NCBI GenBank assembly: GCA_000708835.1
Contig: DF237446.1
Location: forward strand, 1 to 64,000
Direction: 5' to 3'
Source: Klebsormidium nitens
Taxonomy: Eukaryota; Plantae; Klebsormidiophyceae
DNA length: 64,000 bases
In this document: positions 25,016 to 35,800 of the stretch, one piece after another
How the letters are laid out: the number at the start of each line of letters is the position of its first letter
Position numbering within the stretch: the first letter of the stretch is position 1
The notes under the pieces: generated by a model
Told to the model about the DNA's origin: nothing
The model's database searches: none
Seen by the model: the letters and a program-made list of their open reading frames with translations, nothing else
Translations under genes and position numbers: made by a program

Positions 25016-26935
25016 ATGCCGACCTTGAAGCTGCAGACAAACGTCCCTGGCGACACGGTCACCACCTCTGACTTCCTGAAGGAGGCCAGCAAGGCAGTCG
25101 CGAAGATCATCGGCAAGCCGGAAGCGGTACGTCGGTTCCTTCTCTGTCTGAACAGCTTTTTTGCCGATTGTATCTTTCTTTGCTCCTTGAGTTGGCTACA
25201 GGGTGTGAGGTTGCACATGACTGGCTGCCACTTGTTGCGCTGCGCTGCTTGGAAAACTAAGGTGCTTAGCTCATTCTGACATCACCATGTACCATAGGGG
25301 CAACATTCACAATCTTCCCCCACCACATTCGGTGGACAGGAGGTAACAGGAAAGGAGAATCCGAGACTGCACTCAGGGGGATATACCGAACGACTGTCCT
25401 GGAGAATGGCTCCCATCCTCTACCCATGATTGCAGCATTGCTGCATCATCTTGTGGAACGGCATCGACAGTTGATTTCATGATTCAATGTAAAGCTTTGC
25501 GTCTGCCCAACCATACCCTGGGGGGCAAGATTCCCCCACTTCAAGTAATAGCAAAAACACCTGGAGTGGATTCAGATTGAGTTGAACTGCCCAAACCAGC
25601 CGGACTGACCACCCTGTGTTGTCGTGCAGTACGTTCTGGTCACCATACAGACTGGGGTCCCCACCACCTTTGCGTAAGTGTCAAGGCCCCATTGATGCTT
25701 TGAAAGCCCTCATCTGACCACTTATGATGACGTCTTCCCGAAATTGTTGAAATTGATAAGGAGCATTAGAGCTTGAATTTGAATGGCTGGGCGTTAGGCT
25801 ACTTTTAACTTCTGCAAAGGTATTCGCCATGGCCCGCTTCATCTTAATTGGCACGAATGTTAAGTTTGTGGGCGGCATCCCCACTGTGGTTGTCTGGGTT
25901 CCCTGCAAACGCCCTTCTGACCATTTTAAGTAAACATCTGGAAGAACTTGAAGGCCTGTTACTCGGTCGGTTGGCCCCCAAGACGTATGCTTATCAGGCC
26001 TTTTCTATTGTACAAGTAAGCTTTGAGACACTGTGTACTGGCAAATTGCCAACTTGATGTGCGGGTTTCATCCCACTGATTGCAGGGGGACTGAGGAGCC
26101 CGCCGCATATGGCGAGATCATTTCCATCGGGGGCCTCAACCCCGACGTCAATCGAAAGCTGAGCGGAGCCATCGCTGAGTTGCTCCAAAAGCTGTTCAAC
26201 ATCCCGGCCAATAGATACTACATCAAGTTTTCTGACGTGGCAGTAAGTGCCAGCCGGCAACGTCTGGTTTTCCCGCTTGCTACTGACTGAATTTATAAGC
26301 CAGGCTCCCTTCAGATACGGGCTCGCTCTGTGGGGACCTGTTTCTTAGTAAACAAAGCGTCTTGCTGAGAGGAGGTACCCCTAGTAGCCTTCGTCGATCT
26401 CTGTCTCTGTGCTTGGAATGGGGAAGTAAGGACACAAGCAGGAGCCAGGATTGATTTCTTTCTTGTCTTCGTTGGGGCAGGCAGAAACCAGGGACCCTAG
26501 ACATGTTCCCAGTTGTTTACATGCCTTGCATCAAGGCGTACCAGGATGACGTCAGCAGTAGCAGGTTAGGTTTCGCCTCCAGGTTCGTTTGAGATCGGGG
26601 TACCCTAATCTTGAGCCGTCTGGTGTTTCCGTCTAAGTTTTATTGAAAAGGTGTTTACGTTCTGCTGCGACATGCTTTTTCCATATCTATGAAAGGTTGA
26701 CTCTTCTGCATACTTAGTCTGATAAAAGCTCACATACTACTGAATAGTATCTTTCCTTTGAGATGCTCCGGCCAAGAGATATTTGCATGCTAGCCTTACA
26801 GTCATTTCAATCAGAACAAGCATCTGTATCCAGTGGGGTTAAACAGCACTGGAGTTTTTCGTCGAGAGTATCCTGACAACATCTCTTTTTCTTTGACAGA
26901 GACCTGACTTCGGATGGAACGGGGGAACATTTTAG
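25016..26935 (+). CDS. MIF: Macrophage migration inhibitory factor / D-dopachrome tautomerase-like protein (plant MDL type), 115 aa
   Basis: Exons 25016-25126, 25630-25673, 26086-26242 and 26900-26935 give MPTLKLQTNV...IGKPEAYV...GTEEPAAYGEIISIGG...DFGWNGGTF*, with the catalytic Pro after the initiator Met. Confidence 0.95.
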
Positions 26936-27920
26936 AAAGGTCAGCGATTCGTTTGGCCAAACTTTTGAAGCACGCATACATATATAAAGTTCGTCGACTT
27001 TCTGGGTAACACGTGATTGTGAACACACCCAGGAGCATCTGTCCGGACGCATCTGTCAGCTTTCAACGAAGCCTGCTCAGAGACTCTCAGTGTTGCGGTC
27101 ATATCAAAATTTCCGGACAGCTCGATCTGGTTGCTGCAAGATAATTGACTGACGTTTGGGCCTAGCAAGATTTTTTTGTATCAGGATGAGCGGGCAATTC
27201 AAACGGCTCCATGCGGCCATTCTGATTGTGCATGTCGGAATATTTAGGGACTAAGGTGCATCAAAACAGCCTGTGAACCTTATTAATGTAGCGTGCAGTC
27301 TTGCAAACTGATAAGGTCACATGCAGCGGAGTCTATATCAGCCTTCAATGCAATCAAGCGTCATCATGACGCCTCCGATCGAGTGACCAGCCTGGATTGG
27401 CAGCTAAATTTTTGTTCTAAGCTAATCACGCATGCATAAGTTGATAATCGGATCATGAGTGACCACTACCATCCAACCGTTGAACTTGAATGAACCATTC
27501 AGCTCCGAGGCTCGAATTGGCGTTTACATAGGGCCATGTGCAGCTGCTAGGCGCGGTCGGCCGGCAATTTTTGTATTTACCTCTCATGGTGCTCATCGCC
27601 GGGAGCATTGGCAGGCTCATGCATGTGCACCGGACCGCGAAACAATTCAGCAGAAAGATCTGATGGTTGGCCATATATGGCATCGATGTACAATGGCTTG
27701 TCAGTGAGCGGCCCCGGCAGACGGAACAGGTTTGTCCAAAAGCGCCTATATAAAGGGCGACTTCAACACTCAAACCAGCGTGGTCTCACTCACTCGTCGG
27801 ACCAGTCGTGGCATCACGCTGGCACTGAGTGATCTTCAGTAGTGCGCACATTTACGGGCATTTACCTGCTGATTGTCACCAATCCTTGTATGGCCCAACT
27901 CGAAGCACCTCCATGTCGAA

Positions 27921-30900
27921 CTACTTGTTCGAGTAGAGCTGCCAAATCCGTCTACACAACGCAATCGCGTTCCTTTGACGCTCTTCTTGCACTTCGAAGG
28001 TCCAATCCGTTACCTCCTTTAGATTATCTGTCAACGGAATGTTGTTTGAGGTCCCCTGCCGGTTCTGCTTGCTGAAAATCTTCTCCTTCTTTTCCTTAAA
28101 CCCTTGGTTCTTTGCTGCGGAGTTCTTCTTCCCCGATAACAGAACCAGGTTTCCCAGCTTATTCACGGCCTCATCGTACCGTCGATGGTCCTTTAGGAGC
28201 TCCTTCCATCCTGCGTCATCCGGGTTTTGCGGTGCCACGTGTTCCACGGACAGATTCGTCTCCAGGTACAAGTCGGCATACTTTGCACCCCCCTGAATCG
28301 TGTCAAACTCGTTCAGGCGCATCAGCAGGAGCTTCACGAGCCTACTCTGCCGGCTGCTTGTGTAGAGCGGCTTCTCGAGCGCCTCGAGAAACTCCTCAAT
28401 CTCCTTGTGAGACAGATCCAGAGGCAAGCCTTCCCAGATGCTTCCCGACACGCTCGTTAGCCCGCGTTTCGTTGCAATGTCCCAACTGTCCAGCACCGTT
28501 TTGTAGCGCTCGTCTTGCAGCTTGACGCTCCAGCCGCGCACAAGCATGAACATCGAGAGCCGGTCGAGCTTCTCGAGGGTCTGCAAGAGGGCCCCGCTGT
28601 GATGGGCGAAGTCCTTGAACGCGAGAATCGCGACGGGGGCCCACCCGGGGAGCGTCCGTCCGTACCCCGGCTTGACCCTGCACGTGACACACAAGTTGAG
28701 CTTGTCAAAGGTACATACAAGCAGTGAGCAGGCAATGACAATTTTTGCTTTCCAGTTGGGGAGCTTCTATCCCACACGTCCACAAAAGGAAGGAACGGAT
28801 ATTCCCTGGAGGAATACGTAATTGACAAAAGTCGACAGCTCATTTGGGACTGCAGATCTAGCTACCGTCTCTAGGAACCAGTTCCGGGAAGCGGGAACGT
28901 TTCCTGACAAAAAGTGCTTACTGCCTAGGTTACGTTTGGCAGTTCTCTGCAGACCCCTCAAACAAGTGTACGCGTTTGGGAACCAGGTTCTCTTACAACG
29001 GAGTGATGCAGGACAATAAGTATCAGATACGTTACATCTTAAGTACCCCTTTCCGATCCAGCGCCACCGCATCATCAAACGATCCCGTATGAGCCTGTTA
29101 AGGCCTGCCTTTCGCTGCCTTGCGAGTTTCACAATACTCACCGCCAGAGCAACCGCCGGAAGGTCTCAATCTCCCTCGCCTCCGTTTCGGAGCTGCACGT
29201 GTACCCCCCTTTCAATAGCTCCTCGTACGTCCTTGCGAATGGAAGCAGGATTTTGTCTAGAAACTGCGGCCCTTCTAGTTGGAAGTGGGCGTACGTTTTT
29301 GTGAACTCCTCCATCTCATCCTTGCATGGCTTGTCGAGGTAGATGAAAGACAGCACCTTGAAGGTGGCCGACAGATGGTCACGCCCAGCCTCGTCCCACT
29401 TTTTGTCAAAATCGTCCTGCAAATAGTTCATCGGAGTTGATGGTATTAGACTTCAAGGTGCGGAACAGCGGACCTGAGCGATTCGAACGAAAGACTGACC
29501 GTTTGCAACCGGTTGCTGAAGCGATTCCATGGTCAATCAAACAGATTTACGAAAGACAACGATCAGTTTTGATATGAGGTTGTCGAAGACAACCATCTGG
29601 ACAAAGGAAAGTGTTAGCATAGAATCTCTAGGTGGAGAGATAATCAACGAAGCTTCCCGAATTCGTTAAGTAGCATTCACATCTTTGGGGTGCTAGGAGT
29701 AGGCTGTGTCGCTATATTAGGGCTCAAATCAAGATGGAATCCAGCCAGCGAACCGTCAGAAACAGATGTAATCCTCAAGGCTCAAACCTTATTCAACACG
29801 TGCTTGGGGAAAGGCCATCTTGAGCTTCCTCTGGGTGCACACTTGAATGACTAACGGTAGATAAGCAGAGAAGTTTTGTTTGACAATCTACCGCTCCTAC
29901 TCTCCGCTGTTGCTCTAGACAGCCTCCCACTGATCTCCAGAAGAAAAGGGGGACTTTAGCCATAAAAGAACTTCGTCAGAAAAGCTGACCTGCTGTTCCT
30001 CAGGAATACTCTCCCACATGGTGGCCTTGACTATGTCGATGGACTCCAGGTCGAGCCCTCTGTTGCTGGTAACTTTGAAGAACTTGATGGCGTCGTTGTG
30101 GGAGCTGCAGTGGCTCAGCAGCACCAGCACCTTCTGCAGCATGTACCTATAGAGGTCGATGCACTCGTCCACATCCCTCTCCCGAATCTGCGACCAGATG
30201 TACTGGACGCAAAGAGCTAGTACTCGTTAGAAATTCTGCAGTACGATTTTGAAAACGAGCTCAACAGGCCTGAACCTTTTGCATGTCAAATTGTTTGCTT
30301 GATGATTGTTTGGATGCTTGAATTCGAAAAGCCCCGGTACATGAGACAAGAGATGCACTTGTGGACTGAAGACGGATGTCCCAATAAAGAATATCCCTAT
30401 CCCCGTTATTGCGGTTTGACAACCGCAAAAAATGCACGAGCATCTTCTACGACCCTGACAAATTGTTGGATGATTCCACCTTTCTTTGCTCTCAGCCGGA
30501 TAGCTATAGGCGCACGTACGTCCTTAAAGCAGCTTTAAGAACTGTGGTTTGATTGGTCCAGAAATCAGTTGTCAGCCCCTTTCAATGACGAGGCAAGCAA
30601 AGTCAAGCAGCATGAATAGTCAAGCTTACCTGCAGATTCTGCCAAATGTTCTGCTGGGTCTCCCCTTTCAACACCTTTGCATCATAGTCCTGCCTGGTGA
30701 ATTTTACTGGGTCTTGGAGCAGGTCATTGAAGAACTCTGCATCCTTTCTTTTGAGCTCAACCCTTGGTGCTGGGCTTCTCTGTGTACCCACGTCCCCCTC
30801 GTCCCATAGCGCTTCAGCCAACTTCTTAGCGAGCTTTTCGATCTCGGCTCGTTTTGCAGGCAACAGCTCATTGCTTTCTAGCTCCATTTCCAGCCGGCAT

Positions 30901-31965
30901 TTCAGAGCGGCAAAAATAAGGCAGAGGGTCACCAGACGCTGCTGGCCATCCACCATGGACAGCTTGTTGGTCAGTGAGTCAATGGGAGGGCCTCGTGCCA
31001 CTGTGACGAGGCCCAGGTGGCATTGACTCCGTTCACTGCATTGGATCAGGAACAGACGGGTTCGACAGTTGCGACATGAGAAGAGAAGAGTACCCGACAT
31101 TGACTAACAGCTTCCTAGAAATACCTTAACGCTCAAAGCCGTGCAGTTCCGACAGAGACTGTTTTCTCAATCTTGCACACATGATGAGAGGATTTTCAAT
31201 CGCTTTACCAATGCAGATTATGGACAGAACTATGCAGGCACTGTGTGCGGATTGAGGCTTCGCTTTAGTAGGTTCTGGTCCTGGAAGCCATGTGCTAATC
31301 AGGTGTGAATCCATTTTTCTACACAAAGCAAGAAATAAAGAGAGAGGAACAAAGTTCACGACCCCAACAAAGTACCCAGCAATAGAAGACGAGAGCCCGC
31401 ACCTGATCTGAACGCTGCCTTGATTTGCTGCTTCCCACAAATCTGAAAGGAGATCCTCAGCATGCTCCTTCTGCCACGAGTAAGGCCTTTGATATGCCGG
31501 TAAGACAAAGAAGTGATTTTCGTCAAACAGCTTTAAGAGGACTGTCTGCTTTGCGTCCATCTGAGTTGCTTCCATGTTTGATACATCACCCTGACCTGCA
31601 AAAGCTTGAGCATTTTCTAAAACCCTTTGGCGGACACGAGGAGCAGAAGTCAGCCCTTTAAATCCTAACAGAGGTCCATTAAGTGCATCTTTCCCAGAGG
31701 TTCGATGTTCTGGTGAGACGACCCTGAGGTTGTGGCCACCAGCAATACGATGTTGACCTGTGCCGCCCAAGTGTCGACGGCAGGATCGAAGAGGCACTTT
31801 AGCTCTCTGCAAAGCTGCTGTTACGTTGGCAGATGAAAAATTCTGGGATGAGGAAAGATAATCAGATCTATGGCTTCTTGCTTGATTAACTCTGCCGTCG
31901 AAATTTCGGGTAAGGGGGCTCCCACTGCCAGACTTGGAGGCGTTCTTGCATGCCTGAGTTGCCAT
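27921..31965 (-). CDS. GmrSD/SspE-like DUF262 + DUF1524 (HNH) nuclease homologue, ~737 aa, 5 exons
   Basis: Exons 31965-31403, 31035-30630, 30202-29990, 29416-29142 and 28677-27921 total 2214 nt with no stop. DUF262 motifs: PAYQRPYSW, VDGQQRL, FKVTSNRGLDL. DUF1524 motifs: LSVEHVAPQ, NKLGNLVLLSGKKNS. The start codon is tentative. Confidence 0.9.
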
Positions 31966-32876
31966 GACTTCAATGCTCAGCTGAATTCTAGATCGGAAAG
32001 CGCTTGCCCGACTCTTGTGGACTGTCCTGCGCTTGCATCCCCCTCTGAAGGCTTACCAGCATGGCAGCAATGCAGCATTATCCAGCATTATCTATTAGCG
32101 AGCCTCCAGGGGAAGAACTCACTAGATCTCTTGCGTACTGAACTGTTCTCGCATCTCGTTGCAATGCGCATTTCATGACCCCTCATTCATGAAAATAGGC
32201 ACCCGGGGGACGATTTGGGTTAGCTAGGTTGGTTAGGGTGGAAATGGTTGGAATGGGTAAGAGTGCGCGGGTGATGTTCTTGGTTAGGGCCTTGACTCTA
32301 AGTTGCCCGGGGCTCGATCTGCATCTTCGTAAATTAGCGGGTACCATTACCGTGTCAATGGCACTGGTTTTGCCGGGAATTCAAGTTTGAACTTGGAGCT
32401 GCTGCATCAGCGGATGTGGCACTTTCCTCAACACTGATTGGTTTGCATGCCAGCTCCGTAACATTGTTAGCCGTCGATGAGATTACCACGTGGCTATCCA
32501 CTTTTGGCGGGACCAATTCGGTTGACCCTTTCTGCACTAGCCTCTGGGCACTGGTGGCAGCCTCTGATTCAGCCTAGGTAATTCAGGCTCAGGGTTCGCA
32601 GTCCAGATCTCCAATGGGCTGTGGCACTTTGAGAACTCCTTGCGATCTTGACGCTTGTTGAAGGTGGCGAAGCGAACGTATTGAGACGTATTGAGACGTA
32701 TTGAGCGTGCCTAACTGAGAGCTGGGTGCATGGTGGCACATTGCTGGCAGCTGGCCTTTTGTGTACAGTTGTGTCTCGAGCGGAAGCATCTGCAAGTGGG
32801 AGGAAGCAACGTCCTAGCGTCAAGACTCATGTCCAACAACACCTGATCTTTCTGTTTCTCGATTGGATTTGGAAAG

Positions 32877-35800
32877 ATGCACTCCTCAAAGGTGCATGAA
32901 CGCTGGCCCAGCGGGCAATGCATCGAAGCTTGGTGGCCTCTGGACAAGTGCTGGTACCGCGCAACAGTGTTGCAGTCGGTCGCTTGCACCAAGAAGCAGT
33001 TGGTGCTGTACGAAGATGGCGACGCAGAGGAGCTGGTTTTGGCTGAGCAGGAGCAGCAAGGCTTGATCCGGACAGTACCAGAACCGCAGCTTAATCTGCG
33101 CCAGAACCTGGTGACTGTGCATAAGCACCTGGCTTTGAATCTGGCAAATGAGGGATGGCACTTCTGCACCAGGTAAGTTGACAGACTCTCACATATCTTG
33201 CATCAGAATCCTGCTGACGAATATGTTTATGTTGCCGGGAAATCGTTTGCAACAACCACCATAAAGTCCTGTTGCAGGCCATGTCAAAACCCTCTCTTTC
33301 GGTGCCCAGATGCTCCTCAGCTCTTCCATCTTTTCAAGGTACACAGAGTTGTGCATTTGGGTCCAGAAGCCCTCTTTCTTAATCAGTCGGCCGCATGACC
33401 TCATGAGCTTATGAAACTCTCCGCGCTGGAATTGCTGTCAGTTGCATGCATCTCTTCCTGGTGGTCATGAGCTGGTCATGGTTGTTTTCCCTACAGTAAA
33501 GTGGCATTCCAACTTAGTTGTTCAGCTCCTGAAGGCCTTTGAATGCCACATTGTAGACGCTTTCATCAAGTCTCTAGCTGTGGCAGCAATTGCTTTCTGG
33601 CAATCTGGATTCTGACCTGATTCTGAAGCTCAGGTGGCACCCTAACACTTCCGTTCACTCTCCGTACGAGTAAAATATTACTTTTGCGCTGACTGGCCAG
33701 GTCTGAATATCTTCCTCGATCATCAGGATCGATGAAGCTTAATAAAATCAGCCTATGCTGGTTGCCTCTAACAACCGCCTGCGCAGCCATCCTGTCTTTC
33801 CTGCGGCAACTTCAACGTACAGAAGCTGCCACGTACCCAATCTAGATTTCATCTTCGTCCTCTGTGACACCTTGTTAATCTGCATCTGGCTCATTCTCAC
33901 CAGGTGCGACCAGACCCTGGAAAGCAAGCACTTTCCCTGCCCCTGCAATCAGCCCATCAGCTTGCTCAGCGATGATGAGGAGGAGGAGAGCAGCCAGACA
34001 CTGATGTGGGGGGGTCAAATCCTGAGGGCGGAGACCCCCTCGGCAATGAATCGGAGGCAGTGTCATGGATGCTTTGTGTCAGGAGGCGTCCAGCTTGGCG
34101 CGTCTGCTTGTCCAAATTGTGGGACAGACCTGACCCCAAGGAGAACAAGAATTGGGCACTTGATGTCCCCAAAGGGTGAGCATGTGATTCTTTTCTCAGC
34201 TTCACTCCTCTTTTTCTTTTCTCTTTCTGCCCTTATGAAGCTGTTGACTGATCTTTGTATTATTGGGGTGTTTGCACAATCAAAGGTGATGCATTGCACA
34301 GTACCTTACACGGTCTGAACGGCTCTCTCAGCGCCCGAGTATGACTGGATCACATGCTGATGCAAAGCTGAACCTTCTGAAGCATCACCCGCCTGAGTTC
34401 CTGGATGAGCCATGGCGCCTATTGGACACATTGACAAGCAGAGTGAAAATGAAACCCTGATCACATGCCACTCATGGTTTGACTACATGAACAGCTGCAG
34501 CTTTGCCCAACTGCTTCCACTCCAGGCTGAACCACTTACATCTTTTGTAGCAAACCGGCTCAAAATGCCATCAGGCTTGCTTGACTGCGGTATCCTTAAT
34601 AAAGTGCTTCGATCTGCAGCTGCGTCGTCTGGCGCCTCCGGTGTCTTCACTGGGCAAGTCCTTCGGGCAAGTCCTATCGACAGCGGTCAGCAGCAAGCCC
34701 CCAAGGCCACTTCCGAAAAGGGCGTGAAGACAACACAGTGCGGGGGTCAGAGCGGGTTGTCTGTGAACGCGGGCCGGTTGCATCCGGAGGGCCAAAGGGG
34801 CGTGAGAGGCGCATTTGCGGGGGTGTCCAGAGGAGTTAAGAAGGAAGCAGAAGAGGTCGAGGGTCCAAAGACGAGAACCGTCAGAGGCGCCTTCGGGGGG
34901 GTTGCCAAAGTCGTCAAGAAGGAAGTGGAGGAGAGCAGATTCAGGATGGGGAATGTTCTGGCAGACTGCCAACGAATCCAGGGCGCTGGACGAAGCTCAG
35001 GGAAGGAGTATGAGCAGGGCGCACAAGATGGGGCGCCTGGAACGGAAACAGGGACTCGTGTGCTGAGCCCATCCCCAAACTCAGCCTTGCCCATCGAAAA
35101 CAGGTCGCAAGCGGCTTCAGCACCTGATTACACTGGGGAGGCTGTGACCGGGTCCATCCCGCAGATCGTTGGCAAGGTTGAGACGGGCGGAACTGGGGGA
35201 AGCAGTGCTGTTTTGGACAAAGGAAACGAGGCTCGGGGCGACGAACGGAGGGTAGTGCGGGAGAGGGGCCAGGCTGTTGAAGGGGGTTGCTCTGAGGAGA
35301 AGAGGATTGTGACATTGACGGAGCTGCTGAAGGGTAAGATTGCATGTGCTTCTTGCTCGTTTCGCTACCAACGAGTCTGTCTTGAGGTTCTTTTCGACTA
35401 GAACCCGCTAGGCTCTCAGAATTTTCATCTGTAGTCCAAGTGCGGTCTGGTACTCTGACATTCAGCAAAGCTGTATGCCAGGTCGCTTCTGATGAGTGCA
35501 CGTGGTCACACAGGGTCATTCCATTGAGTCGATAAGGCAGATGAGCCCAAGATGTATGATCCGTTCAGAATGACATCAAGGCACACTGTTTCCAGGCAGT
35601 CCGGTAGTCATAGTTGTCGCTAGCAGTCTTGTTACCAGTTTTGCTGCAGCTTGCGCGTAGAAACATAGGTCCTCTGCTCGCATCCGGTGCCTGACGGTAC
35701 ATTCTTCCCCCTCCCACACCACTCTCTTAAACAATCAAATGCATCTCAATTCAGTAAACTGTTTTTCTCCTTTTCAGCCACGGCCTTCGAGGCCCCGACC

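Noticed and set aside
27921-31965. Bacterial contamination as the explanation for the GmrSD-like gene
   Set aside because: Four canonical spliceosomal introns with consistent phases, and continuity with the flanking eukaryotic MIF and Tudor genes.
33198-33398. Extra exon of the Tudor gene
   Set aside because: It would need a 34-nt intron and gives a stop in the required phase, whereas 33172 joins 33904 cleanly.
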